The translations under genes and the position numbers were made by a program. Of a stretch of 64,000 nt of DNA, positions 50,720 to 62,250 are shown in pieces. The stretch comes from Lytechinus pictus. Its lineage: Eukaryota. The stretch is taken from the NCBI RefSeq assembly GCF_037042905.1, contig NC_087257.1, forward strand, positions 14,508,001 through 14,572,000, in the 5' to 3' direction. The first letter of the stretch is position 1, and each line of letters begins with the position of its first letter. The notes under the pieces were generated by a model that worked only from the letters and a program-made list of their open reading frames with translations, was not told the DNA's origin and did not search any database.

Positions 50720-52018
50720 TTCAAGCAATATTTTAGATGAAATCCTCCGTTCAGTAAGACCGAGATTTCAATATCTGGTTCGGAATCTCGTGAATAGCTG
50801 AAACTGTAGTCTGTCTGAGCCACGATGCCCACACGCCGTTTGACTGCTCTAGCAGCCGAGTACATTAATTATTCTCTAAAGCATCAATTATTCTGTCTCG
50901 TTCTTCACAGTCATGGCAGTGAATATGACCAAAATTCCTATTCCATCGCAGCCTTTGTTCTACCCCTACATGTGAGCATCAATGATTTTTTGATTGGTTG
51001 GCAACGTTCATTGTTGAAAGGGGCGTGGCTATAGTGATTCGTTGCTTGGTTATATTCTGCGATAGACCCGGTAAATATTGAATGTTGATATCGATATTGG
51101 TTTTCTTCTGAGCCATCATGCCCACGAACTTGATATTGTTGAAGTGGGTCAAAAATGGATTAACCCATTTGGGAAATTCTTGAATCATAATTCGTTGAAT
51201 TCACATTAGATATTTGATGCTGAATTAAGGAAAACACGTATGTGGTCATTCAGCATACTACATGAATATGTTTGGGTATATGATAGGGAATACTGAAAGG
51301 TATTATTTGGGGAAGAAATTTTACGAATGGGCTTTGTGAATATGATTGCTGCCACTGGCATAAGGCTTAGGGTAGTTGCCACCCTGAAAGTTCCACGAAC
51401 TAGAAAGAAAAGGAAATCAAACAGAATGTTGTAAAATATTAAACTCTTTTGGAAATCAATTAGATTATTATTTTAAAAAGGTCAAAGCGGTTGTAATGTT
51501 CTTACCCTAGTTAATCACCATTTATTTTTGTTGTAGTTGTTGTTGCTTTATGTTTTTTTGGAACATCTCACTTAATTTGCTAAATATCGGTGATCTACTT
51601 TCGTGTTCTACCCTATAATTTGACAAAAAAATGCGCATTAGTGCGCGTCCTCAGTCTCGGCATGATTTGGCCAACGGGTGATGCCTTCTTTACCGCACGC
51701 AGCTGAGAATTTAAGTGCGACTCTAAATCACACTTAAAACTTTGTGACACACCCCTTATAATTCGACTTATAGTTCTATGTCGAAGGAACGAATTAAACG
51801 ATGAAACGGCGAGGGAACGGTTGCCATCGCCATGCTTATGGTGATCAATTCTTACACACCGACCAGTTGGATTAGTATTTGATAGTTTTATTTTCCTGAG
51901 CAATTAAGATATTGTGAATTTTACTTGATCAGTGCAAAAGTTCAAGCACTGCATGGCGCCATAAACTTGGTTTTTTGTTATCATTTCGTGGTGCACGTTT
52001 GTGTACCTCCATTTTTAC

Positions 52019-52049
<31 letters not shown>

Positions 52050-53764
52050 ATACTCCCCACTCAATCCCCGTCTCCCATCACCTCTCAAAACCCTCTCATT
52101 CTCCAGAAAGAAAGTGTTGCCTTTCATTCATTACGCATTATCTTACTTACAATCGGGACATGTCGCAGGAGCAGAAACAATTCAAACCTTTCATTCGAGA
52201 CGTACAAAATAAACGTTTGATTATTTAATTTTATTCGTGCTGGTAGCATACTTCATAATAAACATTTTAACTTTGAAAACTTTTATTTGATTATTTAACT
52301 ATACAATGAACGAGATTCAGATTATGAACCAAGATGACACATCAATATCAGTATACAAATTTCTAATAGCTCTTAAAACTAATAATTTAAAGTGTAATTT
52401 TATTGTTTTTAAGTTATCTTAGTAACACATTTTTCCCTTTCCTTTATTTTCTGAAGCACATACAAAATGTGACAGCGCTACATAACTAATATTATTATTA
52501 TTGTTATCATTATTATTACTATTATTAGTATAATCATTTTACAAAATCATACCGCATAATATGGAATCAACATCATTTTTGGGAACAAAAATTGACACTA
52601 ATCCAACTTGGCAAAACATGGCTTAGACGTTTGAGGTGACATATGCTGAAATACTTTCAATCCTATCTTATTATTTGAAAAAGTTATCGAAATAAAATAA
52701 ATATAAAGGGATAGAATACTAGACAAAACGAATTAATCCTGATAAAAGTGTAATCACAATTACCTACATACAGGGCCCTTTGGAACGATTTTTTTTTCAC
52801 CAGGGGTGCTGATGTAAATTTGACAAGAAAAAAACCCAGCACCCCCGCTTCGGAAGGCCATGCCTACATACACAAAACAATAAGTGTTTGAAATTGTGTG
52901 GCACTCCGTCCATGAATTCAGGTGATAGTTGTTTTTGTCCGAGAGGCGCAATGTACCGGGCAAACTCAAACAGGTTGAAACTTTCTTTTAATTGCTGTTT
53001 GGCTTAAGAACAAACCTTTATGGGAATATCATGAAAGATTCAGCTTAAAATAAATAATTTACTTGAAAGTAATAATAAAAAAATGTTCTAAAAAATGACG
53101 AAAGGTAATCAACCACATCTGCTAGTTATAGCACACATTCGGTCGAAGCCGACACTTCATTCAAAATTGAATAATAAATTTAAAATCTAAAAAAAAACAG
53201 TAGAGATGAAAACATTTACAAGCTCCATCGCGAAAGAGATCCCAAGATTTCGTCGATTTTGCAAATGAAATCGAAACAGATTGACATATAGTATTTAGAT
53301 CAATTCACAGGAATTTGGCTTCTGAGTCCATGTCGTGGTATGCGCTATTTTCCCACCCAGAGCCTGAAGTGAACAGTGCTTTCATGAGACGCGCCAATCA
53401 AACATTTCAATTCAGTACAAACAGTTCAATATTATTATTGTAACGCAATAAAGATGTGCTGAAATTTTGGTCTGCTTGAGATCAGGATAGCTCAGTTTTA
53501 TCAACATTGTTGGTTGACTTGTTAGATATTACACATTTCCTTGACTTTGATTGGCTGATCGAGAAGCACAGTTCCTATGGCAACTGTCGGATGAAAACTA
53601 GTTTGTCGGATAGAACATCAAATACGTCTTTCTGAAAACGTCCCAAGAAGTTCTAGTTATGTGGTTCAGTTTTTCTCAGTGCCCCCCCCCCCCCACCCCG
53701 GTTCATAGAAACTGGCCATGTCATTTCATGACGTCATGTTATGACGCGTCAAATCAGACGCAGA

Positions 53765-54800
53765 CTAGCGTTCAGACCTGGGAGGGATGTAAGCTACATG
53801 TATCTGGTTGTGCAGTGGAGACTGTGCAGTCGCGTCACGCGATCTGATGCATGATCCACAGCGGAATGGTAACATCTTGAGGAGAACATTTCGATATGAC
53901 TTATTCATGATCCAATAGACGCAAGCATTCCACCAACTGTTAGAGGTAATAGCATATCTCACGATTAACGATAGTGCAATCGGGACGTTTATCCTTGGTA
54001 TCGGACTTAAAATGTTGATGATGGTACTCGGTAGCCATGCAAGGTAGAACACACAAGTGACCGCGAGAACTGTCTTCAGTCCCTTCATTCCCGCTGAGGT
54101 CGGTAGCGGTAGAGCGACGTTACCAGAGTTTACCGCGGCTTCAAGCGCAGCGATCTGGAGCGCGTGACGACGCGCGATAGAAACCAGACGAACGTTCACG
54201 AAAGTAATGATCACAACTGCTGTGAAAGGTATGATGTTATAGACGACGTGACATGGTGTGATGCTACTAGATATGCAGAAAGTTGCGAAAGGCGGGCATA
54301 TTCCCCTCAGGATACTCTGAAGATGGATACGGCTGAGAAAATGAGCGGGAAAATGACTACCGCGGTAAGGGCGACGATCATGCGCTTGCGCGAAGCAAGC
54401 ACGAAGTATGCGGTTGCGTTACCGCGATGTACCGGTCAACGGACGCGAGCGTCAAAATCAACATGGACTGCCAAACAAACGCAGTGCACAGGATAAGGAT
54501 GGTGTAATAGACGCTTTGTGGAATGGGCACGAGGACGAATAATACCCCGGATGTTGAACAAATCAGTCCGGTGAAAAGATCGACGACAGCGAGGCACGTG
54601 AGACAAAGCTTGGTGTTTTCACTAAAACAGTTTGAAACTTGAGGAACGGTCACAAGATTGGCGCAATTTAGCAAAATGGCAAGTAATGCACTGATGGGAT
54701 AGGTGATAAGATGGAAGTTGACTTGCCACATTGGTTGGCTGTTGGCAATGTCGACAGTTGTGTTTGAAATATTAACGTATCCTGTGGTCCAATTCTCCAT
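53765..54800 (-). pseudogene. Frameshifted class A (rhodopsin-like) GPCR, paralogue of 57824-58864
   Basis: 1036 nt versus 1041 nt in the intact copy. A 4-bp deletion at ~54409 and a 1-bp deletion at ~54324 split it into the 140-aa and 149-aa ORFs. Confidence 0.88.
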
Positions 54801-55398
54801 GATGGACGATGTTCATCTAAGAGAGCATTTGACAAGAAACAATATTTATATGATGCTGCTTGCATGAATCGCCCGTTATGACACACTTACAAAGTGCCTG
54901 AAAGTGATATAAAACTCATCGGATGAGAAAATAAAAATATCAAACTTTGGCTGCCGCGCGCAGACAAAGAAACAGCTTTAGGTATTAAACAAAGAGTCAT
55001 TCAAAGTCATTTGAAGATTGATTACAACGGAACTATTGTACCTTTTGATATGATACTTTAGCTTTTTCGAAAGATAATTAGAAACCGCTATCATGTAGGA
55101 GTTTATCCCTGGGCCATCGGTACTTATCATCCATAAATACATTTATCTGAAAGTCTGAAGACAAGATAATTGAATTTTCGAAACCTCTTTATAACGATTG
55201 AAGTCGCAGTTCTATGATTAGGCGCCAACGCGGCACTTGCTTTGAATATATTGATCTTGAAAGCAAGCGCCTCTCTGAGGCCTATAATAACTAAGGAGTT
55301 TTCACTCAGCAATGTACGAACGTTTCTAAAACAAAATGCCAGCTATATGACAAAGAACAAATAAGAACTCTTTGTCAAAAGATGGAGAGCCAGAACAG

Positions 55399-55600
55399 AA
55401 GTGGCGTACCTAGGATTTTCCACAGGGGGGGGGGGGCAAAATCGGCCGCCAAAAAATTTGACAAGCAAAAAAAAAAAAAAAAAAAAAAAAAAAGGTCTTC
55501 AAGCTCGTCAGGGGGGGCAGGTATATGTCTTTTGTATGGGTTGTGGCTCGTCAGGGGGCAGAGTGCCCCCCCTGCCACCCCCCCCGTAGGTACGCTAGTG
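55399..55600. mobile_element. hAT-like MITE present only in duplication copy 1
   Basis: TIRs aagtggcgtaccta / taggtacgctagtg. TSD cagaacag/cggaacag, with a single cggaacag (empty site) at 59486-59493 in copy 2. Confidence 0.9.
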
Positions 55601-55704
55601 CGGAACAGCAGTTTCGTCCTAGATTTTCAGAGCTGACAAAAATGAGCAAATAATTATGTCGGTTGTCCAGAATCAAGGACCAAATGCTGTTTTGATTTGA
55701 TTTT

Positions 55705-58700
55705 TTTACGCAGCTGGGAATTTAAGTGCGACTCTAAATCACACTTAAAACTTTGTGAAACACCCCTTATAATTCTACTTATTATCGAAGGAACGAATTA
55801 AACGATGAAACGAGTAGTAAGACGAGAGAAGGGGTGCCATATCGCCATGCTTATGGTGATCAATTCTTACACACCGACCAGTTGGATTAGTATTTGATAG
55901 TTTTATTTTCCTGAACAAGATATTGTGAATTTTACTTGATCAGTGCAAAAGTTCAAGCACTGCATGGCGTCATAAACTTTGTTTTCATTTCGTGGTTCAC
56001 TTTTGTGTACCTCCATTTTTATCCCCCGCCCCCTCTCTCTCTCTCTCTCATACTCCCCACTCAATCCCCGTCTCCCATCACCTCAAAAAACCCTCTCATT
56101 CTCCAGAAAAGTGTTGCCTTTCATTCATTACGCATATATCTTACTTAAAAATTGTAAAATCATAAACCGTAACAAATTTCAAAATCAACCAATCGGGACA
56201 TGTCGAAGAAGCAGAAACAATTCAAATCTTTCATTCGACACGTACAAAATAATTACGATTACTTTCAGCACATGTTTAATTATTTAATTTTATTCGTGCT
56301 GGTACCATACTCCATAATAAACATGTTAACTTTAAAACTCTTATTTGATTACTTAACTATATAGTGAACGAGATTCAGATACGAACCAATATTACACATC
56401 AATAGCAGTATACAAATGTTTAATCGCTCTTAAAACTAATAATACAAAGTGTAGTTTAATTCTTCAAAGTTATCTTAGCAACACGTTTTTCCATTTCCTT
56501 TATTTCTGAAGCACATACAAAATGTGATATGCGCTACATTATTAATAATATTATTGTTATCATTATTATTACTATTATTATTATTATCATTTTACACAAT
56601 CATACCGTATAATGTGGAATCAACATCATTTTTGGGAACAAAAAATGACACTAATCCAATTTGGAAAAACATGGCTTAGACGTTTGAGGTGACATATATG
56701 CTGAACAAATTTGAATACTATTTTCTTAATATTTAAAAAAGGTATTTAAAGGGATAGAATACGAGGCATAACGAACTAATCCTGATGAAAGTGTATTCAT
56801 GTTTCCCTACATACAGGGCCCTGGGACGATTGTTTTTACCAGGGGTGCTGACTGCTGATGTAAATTTGACAAGAAAAAAAAAACACCCCAGCACCCCAGA
56901 GCCATGCCTACATACAGTGTACATAAAAAAAACATGTGTTTGAAATTGTGTGACACTCCGTCCATGAATTCTGGCGAATTTTAATTAGTGTTTTTGTCCG
57001 AGAGGCGCAGTGTAGCGGGCAAACTCAGATAGGTCGAAACTTTCTTTTAATTGCACTTTGGCTTAAGGAGATGCCTTATGGGGAATATAATGAACGATTA
57101 AAGTTAAAATAAACGTAATTCAATTGAAAGTAGTAATATTTCTTTTTAATGACGGAAGGTAATTAACCACATCTGCTAGTTATATAGCACACATTCTGTC
57201 TAAGCCGACACTTCATTAAAATAATTATATAATAAATTCAAATCTACAAAAAAAATAGTAGAGATGAAAACATTTACAAGCTCCATCGCGACTCCAAGAT
57301 TACGTCGATTTTAAAAAATGAAATCACAACAGATTGACATATAGTATATTAGATCAATTCACAGGGATTTGGCTTCTGAGACCATGTCGGGGTATGCGCT
57401 ATTTTCCCACCCAGAGCCTGAAGTGAACATGGTGAACAGTGCTTTCATGAGACGCGCCAATCAAACATTTCAATTCAGTACAAACAGTTCAATATTATTA
57501 TTGTAACGCAATAAAGATGTGCTGAAATTTTGGTCTGCTTGAGATCAGGATAGCTCAGTTTTATCAACACTGTTGGCTGACTTGTTAGATATTACACATT
57601 TCCTTGACTTTCATTGGCTGATCGAGAAGCACAGTTTCTATGGCAACTGTCGGATGAAAACTAGTTTGTCGGATAGAACATCAAATACGTCTTTCTGAAA
57701 ACGTCCCCAGAAGTTCTAGTTATGTGGTTCAGTTTTTCTCAGTTACCCCCTCCCCCACCCCGGTTAGAAACTGGCCATGTCATTTCATGACGTCATGTTA
57801 TGACGCGTCAAACCAGACACAGGCTAGCGTTCAGACCTGGGAGGGATGTAAGCTACATGTATCTGGTTGTGCAGTGGAGACTGTGCAGTCGCGTCACGTG
57901 ATCTGATGCATGTTCCACAGCGGAATGGTAACATCTTAAGGAGTACATTTCGATATGACTTATTCATGATCCAATAGACGCAAGCATTCCACCAACTGTT
58001 AGAGGTAATAGCATATCTCACGATTAACGATAGTGCAATCGGGACGTTTATCTTTGGTATCGGACTTAAAATGTTAATGATGGTACTCGGTAGCCATGCA
58101 AGGTAAAACACACAAGTGACCGCGAGAACTGTCTTCAGTCCCTTCATTCCCGCTGAGGTCGGTAGCGGTAGGGCGACGTTACCAGAGTTTACCGCGGCTT
58201 CAAGCGCAGCGATCTGGAGCGCGTGACGACGCGCGATAGAAACCAGACGAACGTTCACGAAAGTAGTGATCACAACTGCCGTGAAAGGTATGATGTTATA
58301 GACGACGTGACCTGGTGTGATGCTACTAGATATGCAGAAAGTTGCGAAAGGCGGGCATATCCCCCTCAGGATACTCTGAAGATAGGATACGGCTGAGAGA
58401 ATGAGCGGGAAAATGACTACCGCGGTAAGGGCGACGATCATACGCTTGCGCGAAGCAAGCACGAAGTATTGAAGCGGTTGCGTTACCGCGATGTACCGGT
58501 CAACGGACGCGAGCGTCAAAATCAGCATGGACTGCCATACAAACGCAGTGCACAGGATAAGGATGGTGTAATAGACGCTTTGAGAAATGGGCACGAGGAC
58601 GAATAATACCCCGGATGTTGAACAAATCAGTCCGGTAAAAAGATCGACGACTGCTAGGCACATCAGACAAAGCTTGGTGTTTTCACCAAAACAGTTTGAA

Positions 58701-59580
58701 ACCTGAGGAACGGTCACAAGATTGGCGCAATTTAGTAAAATGGCGAGTAAAGCACTGATGGGATAGGCGATAAGATGGAAGTTGATCTGCCACATCGGTT
58801 GGCTGCTGGCAATGTCGACAGTTGTGTTTGAAATATTAACGTATCCTGTGGTCCAATTCTCCATGATGGACGATGTTCATCTAAGAGAGCATTTGACAAG
58901 AAACAATATTTATATGATGCTGCTTGCATGAATCGCCCGTTATGACACACTTTCTTGGATTTAGGCCCTTAATATTTAATGAGCAGTTACAAAGTGCCTG
59001 AAAGTGATATAAAACTCATCGGGTGAGAAAATAAAAAGATCAAACTTGGCCGCCGCGCGCAGACAAAGAAACAGCTTCAGGTATTAAACAAAGAGTCATT
59101 CAAAGATTTGAAGATTGATTACAACGGAACTATTGTACCTTTTGCTATGATACTTTAGCTTTTTCGAAAGATAATTAGAAACCGCTATCATGTAGGCGTT
59201 TATCCCTGGGCCATCGGTACTTATCATCCATAAATACATTTATCTGAAAGTCTGAAAACAAGATAATTGAATTTTCAATACCTCTATAATGATTGAAGTC
59301 GCAGTTCTATGATTAGGCGCCAATGCGGCACTTGCTTTGAATATATTGATCTTGAAAGCAAGCGCCTCTCTGAGGCCTATAATAACTTAGGAGTTTTCAC
59401 ACAGCAATGTACGGGCGTTTCTAAAACAAAATGCCAGCTATATTACAAAGAACAAATAAGAACTCTTTGTCAAAAAATGGAGAGCCGGAACAGCAGTTTC
59501 GTCCTAGATTTTCAGAGCTGACAAAAAATAGCAAATAATTGTCGGTTGTCCAGAATCAAGGACCAAACTGCTGTTTTGAT
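55705..59580 (+). repeat. Tandem segmental duplication, copy 2
   Basis: Colinear with 51690-55700. Confidence 0.95.
57824..58864 (-). CDS. Class A (rhodopsin-like) orphan GPCR with intronless coding region, 346 aa; aminergic-like fold, possible chemoreceptor
   Basis: N-terminal N-glycosylation sites, seven hydrophobic segments, TM1 LLN, TM2 LAVVDL, TM3 SVDRYIAV, TM6 FYLAWLP, TM7 NSWWNACVY, helix-8 YR and C-terminal cysteines. Confidence 0.92.
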   Translation of the reverse strand: MENWTTGYVNISNTTVDIASSQPMWQINFHLIAYPISALLAILLNCANLVTVPQVSNCFGENTKLCLMCLAVVDLFTGLICSTSGVLFVLVPISQSVYYTILILCTAFVWQSMLILTLASVDRYIAVTQPLQYFVLASRKRMIVALTAVVIFPLILSAVSYLQSILRGICPPFATFCISSSITPGHVVYNIIPFTAVVITTFVNVRLVSIARRHALQIAALEAAVNSGNVALPLPTSAGMKGLKTVLAVTCVFYLAWLPSTIINILSPIPKINVPIALSLIVRYAITSNSWWNACVYWIMNKSYRNVLLKMLPFRCGTCIRSRDATAQSPLHNQIHVAYIPPRSER

Positions 59581-60242
59581 TCATCGATTTTTGGTTCGTT
59601 CTCAAAAATTCTTGAAAGGATAATTTATAAAAGGTAAGTTGCTTCTTTGAGAAATATAGTATTATATGTGATAATCAATTCGGTTTTAGAGAAACATAAT
59701 ACAACTCGTGATATTTTGACATAACAAATAGAATATCTACTTCTTTTGACAATTCTGATCATACCGTAGGGTTGTTCCTCGACTTCTCGAAAGCATTTGA
59801 TACAATAGATCATCAAATACTTTTATATAAGCTATGAACAATTACGGTATCAGGGGGACAGCTTTACAATGGTTCAGGAGTTTTCTTACTCATAGAATTC
59901 AGTTTGTTACCGTAAATGAATCAGAATCTCCAACAAGGCCAGTTGCCTGTGGAATTCCACAAGGTAGTATTCGTGTTAGTGTTTATATCTATATTAATTT
60001 ATAGAATTTTGCTGATTATTTTGCTATATTCATATCATATATTACCCTTGTACATAATTTCGATAGGGGTCTACATCCTACAAGCTTTGCTTTTCAGTAG
60101 GCCCCTCCACTTTTTTCGTTTTATAGGTATGTTTCAAACTGCATAAGGTATGCAGATAATGTATATTTCTACTGTAAATGATTTATAATGAAATGTACTC
60201 TAAAAATTTGAGGAATATGAATATATGAATAAATAAATAAAG
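59581..60242 (+). mobile_element. Degraded, internally deleted CR1/L2-group LINE (RT fragment joined to 3'UTR)
   Basis: ~59760-59970 reads VGLFLDFSKAFDTIDHQILLYKL/YGIRGTALQWFRSFL...ACGIPQGSI with a frameshift. ~60066-60110 (tacaagctttgctttt...cccctcca) matches the 3'UTR of the LINE at 21.8 kb. aataaa repeats at ~60230. Confidence 0.8.
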
Positions 60243-60503
60243 ACTTCTTTGTTGTTTGTTTTGTCATGATGGGCATTCGACAATACATTTTCTCTGTAGT
60301 TGAATCGTCCGTACTTGTACCTTGCCCCCCCCCCCCCCCTCTTTCCTGAAAAATAGGATAATATACTGTAATACATGACAAAGTACATTTTTTTACCCTT
60401 TGTTCTACCTTTTCCTGTTTCTTTCCTTTTTATTCTCTCTCTCCTCTTTTTAAATCACTTAAAAAGTCAGATCGAGTGCCCCCCTATTGGTACTGCCTCT
60501 AAC

Positions 60504-61158
60504 TTAAAGGTCAAGTCCACCCCAGAAAAAATATTGGTTTGAATCAATGGAGAAAAATCAAACAAGCATAACGCTGAAAATTTCCTTGAAAGAGGATATA
60601 AAATAAGGATGTTATGACATCTTAAAATTTCGCTTATATTTCACAAAACAGTTATCCGCACAACTCAGTGATATACAATGGACCTATTCCATAGGTCCAT
60701 GGATATACCTATGACCATGGACCTATTACAATATGATATGACAGAGTCGATGATGCCCCTCACTATTTCTTTTGCTTTTTATTGTTTGAATTATACAATA
60801 TTTCAATTCTTACAGATTTGACAATAATGACCAACTTGACTATTAAAACCAAAAAATGTTAAAACAATGGCAATTCCACATTTTCAGGGAGGAATAAACT
60901 TTATTTCAAATGACAATGAGAAGAAAATTTAAATGTTTCATATTTCATATAATGAACTACAAAAGACACAGTGAGTGATATCATCAGTTCCCTCATTTGC
61001 ATATCGACCAGGATGTGCATATAACTGTTTTGTGAAATTTAGCGAAACTTAAAAAATGTCACAACTTTCTTATTTTACATCCGACTTAGATGAAATTTTC
61101 AGCATTATGATTTTTCTCTTTTTACTAAATTTAACTGTTTGTTGGGGTAGACTTGCCC
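60504..61158. mobile_element. Kolobok-like non-autonomous element; related fragment at ~35870-36385
   Basis: ttaa|aggtcaagtccacccca ... tggggtagacttgccc, with internal inverted subrepeats (tttcacaaaacagttat / ataactgttttgtgaaa). Confidence 0.6.
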
Positions 61159-62059
61159 ACCCCAATATATACATTCATAAAAATGAGGAAGATTTTTTTT
61201 CATACTTTCTTGTTTATTACACAATATACATAAAAATTCATTTTTTCATTTATATTTTCTCAAAGTCCATTGGTTTGACAAAGTGATTAAGCAACAACAA
61301 TTATAAATCTGAAGAGGAAATAAATACTAAACATTCTTATATTTTCAAAGTCAATTGAAGTAATATCGATTCCACAAATTTTAGTTGTGTAGATATTGTA
61401 CATATATTAGCATTATCATGATTCTATTAGCCCATTCAAGGACATGATAAATTCTTCAAGTCGCATTACACAAAATTTCAAGATGATTTTTTTTATGAAA
61501 GTATATGTCGATAATATACAATTATGTTTCTTCCATTTTCATTTCACATATACATTAAAATATCAAACATAATGAAATAAAAGTTGATTGTGTTTCAAGT
61601 CTTCTTGAATGCTTAATATTGATGGATCTATACACTATTTCTATTTAACTTTTCACACAAAGACAGCTGACATTACAGATCAGAAACAGTGAATACATGT
61701 AGCCACTATAATAATGACTCAATACAATGCTGAATTCCTCACACCAATCATTTAGATAACATTCAATACGCTCATTTTGCAAAAAAGAAATGTATAATTC
61801 CACAAAGTGAAATGACTTAACAAAAGATGTTACATATCCTTTAATACAGTATATCAAAATCATTGGACAAATCTGAAGCACTGTAGTGGTACATATATTG
61901 GAAATAGCATCATTCCCACAAAAAAGAGCAAAATTCACTTGCACATGTAGTGTTAGAACATTACAGAGATCACTTGTAGTTATATAGCCCACACAAATGA
62001 TTATTCTTGTTTATATAGTCATATACGCTTATCACTCACTATCTGTTAGAGCGCTCTAA

Positions 62060-62250
62060 ATAAGTTACCCAGTCTTAAGCAGAGCTGCTGATACATGCTC
62101 TGCGATTCCAGAAATAAATTCCTGCCAGGTCCAAATTTACCTCACCTGGGTTGTGTGCAGCACAATATGGATAAATTTCTTGCTGAAGGGAAATCAGTGA
62201 TAGGAGCAGGCATTGAACCAACGACCTTCTGAGGCAAGAGTTAGAACCAT
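62060..62250 (-). mobile_element. Degenerate tRNA-derived SINE (second family; similar fragment at ~29350-29520 +)
   Basis: Minus strand has a B-box-like ggttcaatgcc, a central atccatattgtgctgcacacaacccaggtgaggtaaat and an agagcgctc tail. Confidence 0.55.

Larger units (their letters stand above)
51690..55700 (+). repeat. Tandem segmental duplication, copy 1 (~4 kb)
   Basis: Colinear with 55705-59580 from cgcagctg(a/g)gaatttaagtgcgactc to tgctgttttgatt. Confidence 0.95.

Noticed and set aside
55609-55640. Hammerhead-like ctgaaaa...ggacgaaac on the minus strand (also ~59495-59520)
   Set aside because: The CUGANGA core is not matched and there is no convincing stem II or flanking stems.
58732-58950. 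72-aa ORF overlapping the GPCR start in both duplicates
   Set aside because: The apparent conservation is just the duplication. A likely splice acceptor 16 nt upstream of the GPCR ATG would remove most of it from the mRNA.
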